DNA of 63,498 nt, filler included, from Octopus bimaculoides (GCF_001194135.2; 4 parts of 4 records of this genome joined end to end with filler, not necessarily neighbours in it); one strand, 5' to 3'; numbered from the whole stretch's first letter, positions 1-12,985 are shown. Numbers and translations are program-made. Notes: generated from the sequence alone by a model not told the origin.

Positions 1-184
1 ATTGTTGTTTTGAATGATTGTGGTAGTAAAATGTCATTGATATATATGGCGGACATGACTTTTGTTTATTAGCATCGAACTTTGGGTGAGTGCGTTCTTT
101 GTATGTAATTGAATAATAAATGTAATAATTAAATTGTACAACTCGTTGTCTTTTCTCTGCGAGTCTCCCGAGAGGAATACAACA
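1..184 (+). mobile_element. Possible LTR 3' end abutting/truncating the R4 element
   Basis: AATAATAAA-like signal, ends ...GGAATACAACA (CA terminus), retains CpGs unlike its neighbours. No partner LTR in the window. Confidence 0.25.
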
Positions 185-189
185 TATTT

Positions 190-1310
190 ATATCTATCTT
201 TCTGTCAGTTTGTACAGTAAAGTTCCAAAGGAGTGAGATGTGCATTTTCAAGCACTGGAGGTAGATTGTGTTCCCACTAGTTTTTATCATGGGGCAGGTC
301 CAGGTCTTTGCAAATTACCCAGTGAATATACTGTGCTGCTCTATCATGCTTCTGAAGATACACTGTAGATGCAAAAAGGCTGCACATGGAAACATGATTG
401 ATGGTTTCAGTCTGTTGTTTACATACACGATATGTTGGGCTACTGCCATTCTTTGAGATGTTAACCTGGTAGCTTAATGTTGGTAGGCATTGATCCTAGG
501 CTGCTATGATAAACCCTTCTGTCACTTTTTTTAAGCCAGAAAACACTAACCATTGATGGGTAAGGGTTTTGTCAAAATTAGCATTATTAGCTCTCTTTGG
601 GTATTTGCCATTGAGAAGATTTTCTTGCCATTTATCACTAAGAATATCTAAAGCAGCAGTTTTAGCAAGGGTTTTCATATGCTTAGCTTTTTCTGTGCTT
701 GTTTTCAGTACATCTAATTCTGGGATTTGCTGTATTTGGAATACACTTACATATTTTCTTGCCTGTTTTGTTATTGAGTATGAGGTTTTTTTTGTTTTCA
801 TGCTTTAAGACAAGTTTTAGCATCCAGTCATCAGAGTTTTTCAGGTAAGTGTTTAGGCCAATAGTGGCAATTTTCATTCAAGTTGTAAAAATCCATGGCC
901 TCAACATTCTTTTCTGATCTTTTCCCTCATCATTGAATGTTTGATTCCATCACCTTCAAATACCCCTAAGTATTTGTAATCCTTTATGACATTCAGTTGG
1001 TTAAGTTTAACGTTGGGTGTTTCTATCATTTTCCTTCTAATAAAGGTAGCTTTTGCACAATTATCTAGGCCAAATTCCATCCTGATGTTATCACTGAACT
1101 ATCCTACAATTGTTAGTTGCTGTTGTTTTATGTAAAGAGCTTTAAATCATCCATGTAAAAGTGATGATTTATAGTTGTATCAAAAATTTTATTGCTACAT
1201 TGTACTTCATCAAGCAATTCAATTTCAATAGTGATATTAAGGCTTTAAAAAAGAGAAGTGGTGATAGAGAGTCACCCTGAAAGAGGAGTGGTGATAGAGA
1301 GTTGCCCTAC
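190..1310 (-). mobile_element. R4/Dong-clade non-LTR retrotransposon fragment (RT to zinc knuckle), pseudogenised
   Basis: Minus-strand translation across frameshifts gives FQGDSLSPLLF, FYMDDLKLF, EFGLDNCAKATF, YKYLGVFE, GLKKVTEGFIIAA, RVCKQQTETINHV, KHDRAAQYIHWVICK and WNFTVQTDRKI. These motifs are typical of R4/Dong RLE elements. Confidence 0.85.
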
Positions 1311-1569
1311 AAGCAATAAAGATAGAAAGACAAACTTTAGAAGGTCATGTTGCTTAGGTTAAAACATATGTTTTTTTAAATTTCATCTATTTCCTCATGC
1401 CTTTTTCAGCATATATATGCTACATACACTGTTTTATTGTATCATATCTTACTTTTCAATGTGATTTCAATGTGTTTTTAATGATATAATGATACATTAT
1501 AATGATAAATCAAATAGATGCTGTTAAAAGAATGTCCCCTTCCCCTTTCTTTGCCGACCTCCATAATAT

Positions 1570-2350
1570 TTGAAGCAAGGGTGTCTTCAATATGCATTGC
1601 AAGCCTGGATAACTTTTGTTTCATTTGTGGCAAGTTTAAGACTAAAAAATACCATAGAAATTTGTCAAAAAATCTTACTTTGCCTATTTTGGTGTGAAAT
1701 TAGGAGACCAAGATAAGAAGTGGGCTCCTTGTAAGGTCTGCTCAATTTGTGTTAAAGAACTAAGGTAATGGACAAAATGTACAAAGGAGTCTTTTCATTC
1801 TGTGGTTCCAATGATATGAAGAGAACATAAAAATCACAGTGACTCGTACAGTTGTTCATGTAAGATGCAGGGACACAATTTGAAGAATGAGGAAAACATT
1901 GTTTTTCCAGATCTCCCATTTGCATTGTGACCTGTTGCCTGTAGACAAGACATTCCAATCCCATCACCATCAGGAAACCTTGAAGACATACACTTGAGTT
2001 CTAAGTCAGAAGACAGAAATAACAATGATGATGAATGCTTCAATAGTAGTGAAGGTGAAAAACCTCAACTATTCAACCAGTGTGAATAAAATAATCTTGT
2101 GGGAGACTGAGGGCTCACAAAGGAGTCAGCAGAGCTTTTACTTTCCAGATTTAAATCCAAGAATCTTTTAGCTCCTTGCATACCATTCTAATGGTAGTAT
2201 AACCATAAGAAAGAATTTGTTACTTATTTTGCTCAAGAAAAGGATTTGGTTTAATGTACAGATCCGTCAGGACTGATAGGGAAGTTAGGCATATGCTACA
2301 AACCTGATGAATGGAGACAAGTCTTAAAGCTGTTCTACTGCATAATGGAT
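1570..2350 (+). mobile_element. CMC-superfamily (Chapaev3-like) DNA transposase remnant
   Basis: Decayed frames read DNFCFICGKF, GDQDKKWAPCKVCSIC, PQLFNQCE*NNLVGD*GLTKESAELLLSRFKSKNLL, YKPDEWR and SLKAVLLHNG, with many stops. Family assignment is from memory; TIRs not found. Confidence 0.6.
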
Positions 2351-3104
2351 TTTTAGACAACTATATCTATAAATAATTGCTGTATAGAAGACATGTATTA
2401 GTCATGCAGTAATACACAAAGATTGTTAACTTAAACATTAATTATTTGATGTCAAAATTTTTATTGCACCAATGTGACTTAGTCATTGAAGCGATTCCAC
2501 TGCATCTAATTTGTGTTGAGCTTGTTGGTTGGTATATATAGGTTCCAGGGTTATAAATTGTTTTTCTCTCTTTACACACACGCATACATATAGTTTAGTC
2601 ATTCTGATTAACCTATACAAAAATAAATAAATAAATGAATGAATAAATGGTTTATGTGCCTCCCACTCTGCAATTGATTTGCTTTCAAAGTGCAGCTTCA
2701 GATAAACTCGTTTGTCTGGCAAGTACACCTATCTCTCCCTCTCTCTCTCTCCCTCTCTCTCTCTCCCTCTCTCTCTCTCCCTCTCTTTCTCCCCCCCCCC
2801 TCTCTCTCTTTCTTTCCCCTTATATGCTACCCATTATGGTTCATCAGGACACACTTTATTGCATTAAGTTACAAATAACTATATCTGAAGTTGGATAGAT
2901 GGCAAGGCATTTTATAATTATTATTATATATATATAATAATTAACTGTAATTATTTATAACTATTATATACATGCATATGTGTGTATGTCTTCTTTTTCT
3001 CTTTTTAATTAAGAGTAAATTTTGACTGGCTACCGACTTGGTAGCCAGGTTGTGAAGGAAAGTATTGTGATATTACCGTCAATGTATGTATGTTTGTAAG
3101 CACG

Positions 3105-3138
<34 letters not shown>

Positions 3139-3518
3139 AGAGATAAGTATAGATGAACATGTATGTAATATACGTATGAGCGGGTGTAGATAGTCGTACA
3201 TATAACTTCATCTACATACACGAAACGATGCAAATAGCTAGCTATTTTCTAGGGGAGACGACTCATTCATGCTCAAGGGAGTTAACTCGTTCATTAATTC
3301 CATTCATAAATAAATATACAGATTTTGTGAATTTAATTATTTTGTTTACTAAGGCAGTCCTTCACTGGCAAATCCAATCAACATTAAAAATATAGGATGA
3401 AACTTCAGGTTGTAATTATGAATCAACAAACTAGATTTGTATCTCAAACAAGAAATAGTGATGTAGATGTTTCTAAATGATGTATACAGATCAAACAAAC
3501 AATAACTCAAATAGTGAT

Positions 3519-3588
3519 CATCATCATCATCATCGTTTAACGTCCGCTTTCCATGCTAGCATGGGTTGAACGATTTGACTGAGGACTG
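3519..3588 (-). mobile_element. 3' tip of RTE-type LINE with (GAT)n tail
   Basis: (CAT)n followed by cgtttaacgtccgctttccatgctagcatggg. The same tip occurs at 12548, 14487 and, on the + strand, ~5280, ~10940 and ~62108. Confidence 0.75.
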
Positions 3589-3869
3589 TTAATAAAGAGT
3601 GTCATTTTATAACTGATACGAGATCAAACGTAGCAAACGCCGTTCCATGTAGTTATCAAATATTAAAAGTAATTTGTTTCCAGGAAATGCATTATCATTG
3701 TAATACAAATATTGTGTTGTTGCTTGTGTTTTACATGCTTGCACGTGATTGAGACTGTTTAATGTGGCTACCAGTTCAATGTTGAAGATTTTGGTTCTCT
3801 TTGGATTAAACTCTGTATGACATGACTTAGGGTGGGGGAGGAAGCTGAGAGGATTGAAAAGGGTAAGAA

Positions 3870-4100
3870 TTAAGAATCTCCTGTCTTCGTGCTTAGTGAG
3901 AATATTGTGCTCATTGTAGATGAAGTAATTCTTTTCAAGCTGAAATTGAGTATTCGACCAAGAATCTTATTTTCATCTGTCCTCTCAAGATGTGGTACGC
4001 ATCTCAATTTATGACTATGTATTGGTGAGAAACTCATGGAAAATTCCATTCAAATTTGTATGATCATACAAAGATCAGTCAGAATACAGGGCAAATCACC
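3870..4100 (-). mobile_element. Possible highly decayed Penelope-like RT fragment
   Basis: Minus strand reads LEKNYFIYNEH, resembling the PLE RT motif LxxNYFxFN. A similar ELNHFVYNE lies on + near 29250. Confidence 0.25.
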
Positions 4101-4432
4101 TAATATACTCTTGCATATTTCTTGTTACTAAGCTGATGCAGTTTCAAATCTAGCCCCACTACATATGGACACAAGCTCTATTTTGTCTTCTCATAAATTA
4201 AAACGTGAGGAAGGTAAAAAATTTCACTTGTATCTATTAGCAAACAAAATTGGTCTCAGTGGGATTTGAACTCAAAAAGTAAAGAGCCATAGCTAAATAC
4301 AAACATATACTGCAAGGTATCTTTGTTGATGCCCTAACAATTCTACCAAACCCCTACCCTAGAAAGACAGGGTGAACTTAAGGGTACCAAAATTACAATA
4401 GGCCAAATATGAATTCTCAATAAATAGGTGTG

Positions 4433-4504
<72 letters not shown>

Positions 4505-4507
<3 letters not shown>

Positions 4508-4915
4508 TTTGCCTTTTGCTTGTTTCAGTCATTGGACTGCAGCCATGCTCAGGCACCACCTTGAAGGGTTTAGTCAAAGAAATCAACCCCAGTGCTTTTT
4601 TGTTTTGAGCCTGGTACTTATTCTATCAGTTTTTTTTATACTGAAGCACTAAGTTACAGGGATGTAAACAAACCAACGTCTGTTGTTAAGTGGAGTGAGA
4701 GGAGGCAAACAAAGACATGTGCATACACACACATGCACATACACACACATGCATACACAAACACACATACATGCGTGCGCACACACATACACAGAGAGAG
4801 AGAGGCTAACAAGGCATTAGTCAGAACAGGGCACTTGTTCAAGGTGCAACAGAGAGAGAATGTGAGAATGAATCCATGACCATGTGGTTGCAAAGTGAAC
4901 TTCTTGATCATACAT
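4505..4915 (-). mobile_element. SINE family B (tRNA-derived, CORE-like box, internal CA/TA microsatellite), CpG-decayed
   Basis: Matches copies at 27235, 50028, 54493 and 59790. CpGs are converted (aatcaacccc versus aatcgacccc). Confidence 0.8.
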
Positions 4916-5072
4916 GCATACCCACATGTTTATGCGTGTATATGTTTGTGTATATGCATACATATTTACATATATGCACATATATATGCTGTTGATAGCC
5001 TATCTTCCCTCACATTTGGCCTCGCTATAACCACCCCTATGTACCTCTGACATAAATCTCTGTCACTGTACA

Positions 5073-5108
<36 letters not shown>

Positions 5109-5679
5109 CCTCCCTTCTTCCCTCTCTCCCACCACACACATCATCTTCCTGTTTCCTGATCTATCTACAAGTTTAAAATAAAATCTCTACCATTCTGTAC
5201 TGCCACTTACCACCCTCCTCTTTCCTAAACCATGGAGATACACAGCTTAGTGGCTAGGGTGTTGGACTCATGACCTCAATGGATCCAGTCAAACTGCACA
5301 GCCAATGCCAGCATGGAAGCCAGACATTAAATGATAATGATGATGACAATAATGATGATGATGAACGATGATAATGATGTTGATGAGGAGGAGGATATGT
5401 GTGTGTGTCTGTGAATGTATGTGTGTGTGAATATGTTTGTATGTATGTATGTAATACATGTGCATATGTACACACACACTTGAAAACTTAGAAGGTGGAA
5501 TAATGAAACTTAACTCTATATTTGTTGACAATCATAAATGTTGGTTCTTGTGAATTTATGCTTTAATGAAATATTTCAGAAGTAATATTTAAATATTGGT
5601 TTTTAAATATATCATATTTTCCCTGCAGTATAAAATGACATTATTTGTCAACATAACTGTGTGTGTGTGTGTGCATGTA

Positions 5680-6540
5680 CGAGGTGCATTTCAGAGGTTT
5701 TGAGACATTTTTAGTGGAGGCAGTTATAACTGTCCTAATTTATTGTAATTTTAGTGTATCATTACTATTCATCTAATAAGCTGATCTTTCATCTTTTCTT
5801 ATTTCACATTGAAACCACTGTAACAGCACTTTGAACACATTCTCCTAAACACTGCTTGTCACAGCTGACTAGTTTGCAGAATGCACTCAAGATGTGAAGA
5901 CAATTTAGAAGTGTTCTGTTCAATAAAGTTTTGCATTACACTGGACAAAAACATGACAAAAATTTGTTAAATGCTCCAAACTGTTTATGGATTAACTTGT
6001 ATGAGCCAAGCATCTGTTTTCCACTGGCACAAGAGGTCATGCAAAGCAAATCCACTGGGAAGCTTATGATGATCTTTTCTCAACAACAAGGGCATCTTCT
6101 ACATCTACTGGGTTCCCTCTGGTCAGATAGTCAACAAAGAACTTTATTGAGGTTTTGAGGAGTTCAGAAAGATGTATTGTTGTAAAATCCAGAGCACTTG
6201 CTCCAGGACAACACACCAGTCCACAATTCCATCCTGGTAACCAACTACTTGACAGAGATGAGCATGAAACCTGTTCCTCCCCCTCCCTACAGTCCAGATC
6301 TTGTTTGCTGTGACCTTCGGTTGTTCCCCAAACTGACAGAGAAGATGAAGGAGGCTGTGACAAGAGTCCTGGACATCTTCACTTTGGAAGACTTCCATGG
6401 TACCTACACAAAGTGGCTGGAACACTACAAGTACACTGAAGTCAGCGGATCCTAATTTGAAGGAGATTGGAATTTGGTACTTCTTTCTATCAATAAATGT
6501 CTCTCCTGAGAAAGTCTAAAAACTTCTGGAATGCACCTTA
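5680..6540 (+). mobile_element. Internally deleted mariner (DD34D) transposon
   Basis: TIRs cgaggtgcatttcagaggttttgagac and gtctaaaaacttctggaatgcacctta, flanked by TA. The ORF 6198-6455 has QDNTPVH...PYSPDLVCCD with 34 residues between the aspartates. Confidence 0.9.
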
Positions 6541-6658
6541 TATATACTCTTACTGCAGGATTGTAACATCAGTATTATATTTTATTAGCATTATATCAAA
6601 ATAGAACAAGCAATCACCATAACTTTCAAAATTTGTAAATTGACATCTACGGATAAAA

Positions 6659-9600
6659 ATGAGAGCAAGAAAAGGAATTCTAGGAGGCCTGTGCTCTGGT
6701 GAGGAAGTATTACCATATGAAAGGTTGTAACAGCATATGATTCAGTTTTTGTACATATTTTACTTTTCTTTTGACATTAATATTTTTAACAGAGAAATGA
6801 AAGACATTGCATAATAAAATATCTGCCTTTTCTTTCCATGCAGTCAAATCAGTCATGAAATTTTCATGAGGATAGAAAGGTAGTTTACCATTGTTTTCTT
6901 TTGGGTATATTTTACAAGACACCAACTATCATATAAGCTAAATACAGATATGTTTGTCTCAGCGTACAAAGCCAGAATTTATACAACAAATTGTTATAAC
7001 ATCAAACAAAATAGCACAGTATTTTGTCTGATGTTCTAACAGTTCCATTAATCTACTATCCTTGAATTGTACCTTATTCTATTGTCCCCAGAAGGATAAA
7101 AGCAAAGTTTACTCAGAACCTTAAAAAAACCACTACAAATACTGTAAGGCATTTTTTCAACACACTAACGATTTTATACATAAAACTTCTTACATAACTG
7201 AGGCAATGAAGGTGAGTGACTTTACATAGTCATTTCATTTGCTAGAAACAACAGCTAAATCTCTACATTACATAATGGTTACACTATGCATAAGGCAGAA
7301 CACACTAGATACTGTAGTCCTAGATACTCAGTGTCTGAATAAATGACATGATACATTAGATAATATAACCCTAGATATGCAATATCTGAATAAAATACAG
7401 GCTAGCCATGCCCAAAACACATCTAGTCTAGTTCTCCACTTGCAGAACTGTATCATCTTTATCTTAAAGTTTTTCATCACTTTGTCAGAAGAGAAAGAGT
7501 AGCCAATACCCATGACTTTTTTCAGTGGTGGTAGACTTGTAGGAGAAAGTCAGTTTCAGATCGGAGACCGGAACCAAATGCTTACAATAGTGCTGAACCA
7601 GGTAACTTCCTTGCCAATCTAAGTTTCTCCTGACATGGATGCACCATATTAGAAATCTCTCCTTGCCCAACTATTGGCACAAGGCCAGCAATTTCAGAGG
7701 AGGTAAGTTGATTACATTGACCCCAGTATTCAACTGATCCTTATTTTATCAATCCCAAAGGATGAAAGGCAAAGTTGACCTCAATATCATTGCTTCTAAA
7801 TATTAACTCTATAATTCACATTAAACAATATTAATTCAATAACTCTCAGTTCACCTAGCCTTTCTGATATTCTAATCAAGGACTAGAATATTATAAATCC
7901 AATAGGCATTACCCTTCTTCCTTGATCTCTGTAGCAACAATAAAACACATGTATTCCAAATACTCTGGACATGTGGTTAGAATGCTGCAGGAAAGGATAA
8001 CAAGAGAGATGTGTGCCATGAATGTTGTTTGTAAACCCTAGAATGTTAGTCTTGTCTGTGTGGTAGTAGTATATTTATGTGGTTAAATGTGATGGTTGAT
8101 TTATATGTGTTGTACAAAAGAGTCTGGAGAATGGTAGAAGATGAGTATAATATTTGCATATCATGTAATTTTTTAGTCAGTATTTTCAGTTGTTTCTTAA
8201 GGCAATGTTCAGTATTTTTTATATGAGTGGAGAAAAGAGAATGGAGCTGAAAGGTTGCTGTCAATGGTAATGAGAATTATTACATATAGGAAGCTTTTTG
8301 TAGTTGAATCCATCATATATTTTCTGTTAGGTTCATGAGTTTTATGGTGGTAGACTGTAGTGGTCTGAATCAATGCTGTGATTTGTAGAGGTGGAGATGT
8401 GTGGATTAGTGTTGTCAAAGATTAACTTTTCTAGAATTTTTGAGGATGTGTATGGGCCTGTTAAGAAGTTACTTTATTTGAGGATTTTGTTAGGATTTAC
8501 TATTATTATAATTTTATTCAGTCTCCAGATACTAGAAAATTTGACTGCATTGGTATATGTACTTACTTAAACTCTTCATTTCTTACAACTTTTCTCTAAT
8601 TGAAGCTGTGTTTTCTGCCTCTCTCTTGTTGGATACCTGCTTTTCCATATGTTTCCATGATGGAAGGCCTTCCTTTCTCACGTCTTGTTGGTTTTGAATT
8701 GTCATCAATGCTTCCGTAAATTTGGCCCTATGCGAACACATTTTTACATCTGGAAAGAGGTAGTCATATTTGTCTGGCCTCTATCTTTTGACTGTTCTTG
8801 TATAGCAGCCCTATCTAAAGCACGCACTCTGTTGGCATATCTCACAGGGTCATTAAGGCTCACAAGCTACCACACAGGACTGGATCTTGTGTTTGAATAG
8901 TACAAGTAATTGTAGATTATTTGTATCATGTATGTGCCCAAAGTATTTTAGAAGTAAATTTGCAATTTTGTCTGGCTCTGATGATTTTTAGTGTTTAAAT
9001 TTCTCTATTGTTTTGGTGTATCTGATAGAAGTAACGTATTGGAGGTGTGGTCTAGGGAAAAGGGATGTAATTTTTGTTTTCCATTACTATCTTCTGTGTC
9101 TGGTTTGTAGTGGTGGATTTTCAACTACAATAGTGTCTGGGATACTATACACACTGAGAATCTACATTAATTACAATTGGTGGAATGAAGTGAAAACTTT
9201 GCTAAAGTCTATAAATAATCTTATATTCATTCAATTCAATAGGCCTTCATATTACTAAAAATTTGTGATATGTCCATCTTTAAAAAAAAAATCATTTTAG
9301 TTTATTCTTAGTAATGGTTCAGTATGAAATTATGTTCTCAAAGTCAACATTTTGCAGTAAATTTTAGCTGTGATAATGGATAAACTAATGCTTTTGTATT
9401 ATTTAGTATAGTAGAATAAATGGTTTTAATTAGATAGTACTTGTTTCTCTATTCTACTAATGAAGTAGTCTTATGAGTATTTTTTCTCTAATAATCTTGC
9501 TTTCTTTAGGTTTTTCTAGTGTTTAATTTAATTTAATTATTAATATTATTCATTTCCACCCCCATAACAGGAACATCTTCAAAAAGTTATGTACTAGTTT

Positions 9601-9854
9601 ATCTTTGAATCAGTATTGCACTAGAATTTAATATGAATCAATTAGTTGCACAGAGCCATCACATCTAAAGACCTTAAGATGTTAACAGCTTAAATGTTGC
9701 AAACTTTTAATTGAAGATGAATAAAGATGTATAAATCTCCATCCTTTATTATGTCTATCTACTATATTCTGGAATTTTACAGGAAATTCTTCAAAGCAAA
9801 CCCAAGATTTACCAACTGAATGAGAGCACAATTATAATTGCTTGTCATACATGA
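6659..9854 (+). CDS. Hypothetical 4-exon small ORF (6659-6723, 6844-6879, 7526-7601, 9783-9854)
   Basis: GT-AG junctions with compatible phases (2,2,0) give an ~82-aa open chain. No recognisable homology; may be chance. Confidence 0.15.
7672..7790 (-). mobile_element. SINE family A, 3' part, CpG-decayed
   Basis: gttgattacattgaccccag...aaagttgacctca aligns to the 33926 copy with the CpGs mutated. Confidence 0.75.
8030..9290 (-). mobile_element. I/Jockey-group LINE RT fragment, decayed
   Basis: Minus strand reads KSSEPDKIANLLLKYF and QH*FRPLQSTTIKLMNLTENIYDGFNYKK, equivalent to QHGFRP.HSTT. Confidence 0.6.
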
Positions 9855-9959
9855 TTCCTTGTTTCATACTGTTCAATATGGTTAGCTAATTTGGGATTAC
9901 AACAGAGTGGTCATAAAGTATTTATCTGGATTTTAAAATCTCTATTCTTTTGTGTTACA

Positions 9960-10852
9960 CAAGGTAGTATCAAAAAGTCCTGGGACAAGTTATGTTTTAT
10001 AAAAAATAACTCATTTACCTAAGTTTTAACATCATCTTTAAAATAGTCACCTTGCGCAACAAATTACCCCGTCCCAGCATTCCTGCCACTTTTGGAATCT
10101 AGCCTGGAAGTCATTTTCTGTAAGCGAGTTGAGGAACTTCTACAATTTGCTCTGGATCTTGACAAGGGTTTTTAAACGGCGACCTTTGAGCTGCATTTTC
10201 ATCTTGGGGAAGAGATGGAAGTACACAGGTGCTAAATCTGGTGAACAGGGCAGGTGCAGAGGGATACCATATTGTTTTTGGTGAGAAACTCATGAGTAAG
10301 GAGAGCTCAGTGACACAGTAAATTTTCATCATGAAGAATCCAATTCTTCATGCTCCACAGATCTGGTTGCTTTCACAGAATGTCCTTCCTGAAATGTTTC
10401 AAAATGTTGCAGCAGAATTCTTGATTGACAGTCTGGCCTTGGAGGACAAATTCTCAATGCACAATACATTTTCAGGGATGATGTTGGTGGCAGCTCTTCC
10501 AGACCTCTCTTTGTTTTCCAGGAATGTTCTTCCATTTTTGAAGTGCCTGAGCCACTCGAAATATTGTGTATGACTCACTGCCTCATCACTGTAAGCTTAC
10601 CAAAGCATGCTCGTGTCTCTGTAGCAGACTACCCAAGTTTAAAACAAAATTTCATGTTGGCTCTTTATTCCTGTCCATGACAAAATTGCAGACTACAGCA
10701 TACATGTGATCACAAAAACACAAATTTCACAACTTGCAAAGTAAATACAGCAATATCATTCAGCACACTGACTAGCTCTCATTTTTCACACAACTATGCA
10801 CTGTCATCTGTTGGCATGCTATAGAACTAGTCTGGGAACTTTTTTGACACCA

Positions 10853-10857
<5 letters not shown>
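9960..10857 (-). mobile_element. Internally deleted mariner transposon
   Basis: TIRs caaggtagtatcaaaaagtcctgggacaag and ctagtctgggaacttttttgacaccatctca, the latter followed by TA. Minus strand reads GQTVNQEF..., NWILHDEN and SPDLAP. Confidence 0.85.
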
Positions 10858-10894
<37 letters not shown>

Positions 10895-11050
10895 CCTTAG
10901 AAACTACAATAAACAGACACTGGAGCACAATGCAGTCCTTGAACCCATCAGATCCTGTCAAACAATCCAACTCATGTCAGCATTAAATGATGATAGTGAT
11001 ATATACAATACATAAACCTATATATAATGCACATATAAACTACATAGACA

Positions 11051-11091
<41 letters not shown>

Positions 11092-11094
11092 ACA

Positions 11095-12240
11095 CAGGGT
11101 GCAGATGGTATTCATTCACAAACAATTTTATGTATATTCTTTTTACTTTCATTGCCAGTTTTTTTTTTCTTACAAACGATAACCATTTTGGCTTTAGTTT
11201 TTTGCAGAATAATTGGCTATGGGAAATTTTGAGCCCCACATCAATTTGTGGAAGAGGTATATGATTCTCCTTGGAAGGACAAACAAGGAGATTTCAGACT
11301 TACTCAACATCAGCAGAAGGATGGTAGAAAAGGTCAGAAAGAAGGATTTGACTACAAGGTGACAACAGAGAGGAAAAGCCATGACCGATGCTCTGACACC
11401 ATCAGACTGCTAAAATCCAGGTCATCATGAATGTCCCCACCAAGTTGATGCATGTCACTGCATGAGAGAAAGGTGTGGGTGTAAAGCACATCAAGCTGGT
11501 GGTACATGAGGACATTCACTACTTTTCATTGCAAGATGAGGAAGGAACAATTTCTGTCCAAGGTGATGCAGAAAAAGTGACTCAGGCACACCAAGAAGCT
11601 GATCAATAAGTTGAAACACTGGAGCCAGACATGGTGTGGTTCTTCTCCAATGAGAAGAATATCTGCCAAGACCAAAAGATCAACTCCCAGAACAAGTGAC
11701 TCACTGTCTCACCAAAGGACATGCCCAGAGTTATGGAGATGAAATTTCCAGTGACAAACATGGTCTTCGGTGTCATCACCAGTGAAGGTGATGTCATGCC
11801 ATTCCACTTCTTCCTTGGGAGCCTCAGGTTGAATACTGACAGCTACATCAGTGTTCTGGGTGAGGTGGTGAATCCTTAGATCAATCAGGTGGCTGCAGAA
11901 AGGCTGTATATGTGACAGCAAGACTGCATCCTGTCATACCAGCCAGAAAATCCAGGCCTGGCTGTTGGAGAATTTCTTAGATCACCCATCACCTGATTAC
12001 ACCTTCCAACTCATCTGATTGCAACCTCCTTGACTTCTTTGTGTGAGGTGCAGTGGAATAAGAGACCAACAAATCCAGCTGCAACATGAAGGACGAGCTG
12101 AGAGCCAGGATTACCAGAGCTTTCCGGGGCCTAAAATGGGAGATAGTGACAAAGGCCTGTGGCCAGTTCCAAGATTACCTGAAGTTGTCATTGAGGTCAA
12201 ATGTGGGTTCATCAAATTACATCAACAAAACAGTTTTATT
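11095..12240 (+). mobile_element. maT/DD37D-like Tc1-mariner transposon, decayed
   Basis: Starts CAGGGTG. Reads WFFSNEKNICQDQKINSQN, KFPVTNMVFGVITSEGDVMP, QQD, SCHTSQKIQAWL and PSNSSDCNLLDFFV*GAVE. Right TIR unclear. Confidence 0.8.
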
Positions 12241-12490
12241 TTTTCCTGAGAGTCATCATGTGAACAGATACTGTCCACAGTATGTGTATGTATAGATAGT
12301 TGGGGTAAGTTCCAACTGTTTCATCTTGAAGTACATCTGCTTATTCCATTCTTATGCTCCAATATATAGTCCCAGTTGCTGCTGTATGTTCAAAATACAT
12401 ATTAAAATTGAGAATTATGGAAATATTATTTGCAGAGCTATTGTATAACAAAATAGGAAATTTTGGGGTATTATTTATTCACCATGTGTT

Positions 12491-12985
12491 TCATATGCTA
12501 GTAGGAATTACAAAAGTTTTACATGTTAGATGGACATGTAAGGCATTTCATCATCATCATAATTTAACATCCGTTGTCCATGCTGGCATGGGTTGGACGG
12601 TTTGACTGGGCTGGCACACTGGAAGGCTGCACCAGGATCCAGTCTGATATGGCATGGTTTTCTATGGCTGGATGCCCCTCCTAACACCAACTACTCCAAG
12701 GGTGTAATGGGTGCTTTTACGTGCCACCGGCACAGGTGCCGTTTGCATGACACCAGCATCTTCCATGACTGCAATTTTGATTGGCTTGAAGGGTTTTCTT
12801 CTCAAGCACGACATAATGCCAAAGGTCTTGGTCATTGCCTCCATGAGGCCTAACACTCAAAAGGAGCTTGGCCACTTTGCTCATAGAAAAAAAAAATTCT
12901 TCAGACAGAGGATGAAGAAATTCTAAGGAATGCCTTACATGTCCATCTAGCATGTAAATCTTTTATAATTCCTATTAGCATATGA
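12491..12985. repeat. Palindromic MITE-like hairpin interrupted by an RTE 3' fragment
   Basis: 12491-12547 is the reverse complement of 12929-12985 (4 mismatches in 57 by eye). The right arm runs into the gap. Confidence 0.75.
12548..12880 (-). mobile_element. RTE LINE 3' UTR fragment with (GAT)n tail
   Basis: Collinear with the 3' UTR part of the 14487-15140 copy. Confidence 0.8.

Noticed and set aside
2830-2856. CTGATGA on the minus strand followed by a short stem
   Set aside because: No GAAA/stem III follows, so it is not a hammerhead.
3775-3862. Possible selenoprotein exon (…KLCMT-TGA-LRVG…, CxxU-like, GTAAGA donor)
   Set aside because: The acceptor is weak, the context matches no selenoprotein family I know, and no SECIS was identified. 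It lies beside a probable decayed antisense retroelement.
3609-3965. ~118-codon stop-free minus-strand stretch
   Set aside because: No start or convincing donor and no recognisable protein. About one such stretch is expected by chance in a window this size.
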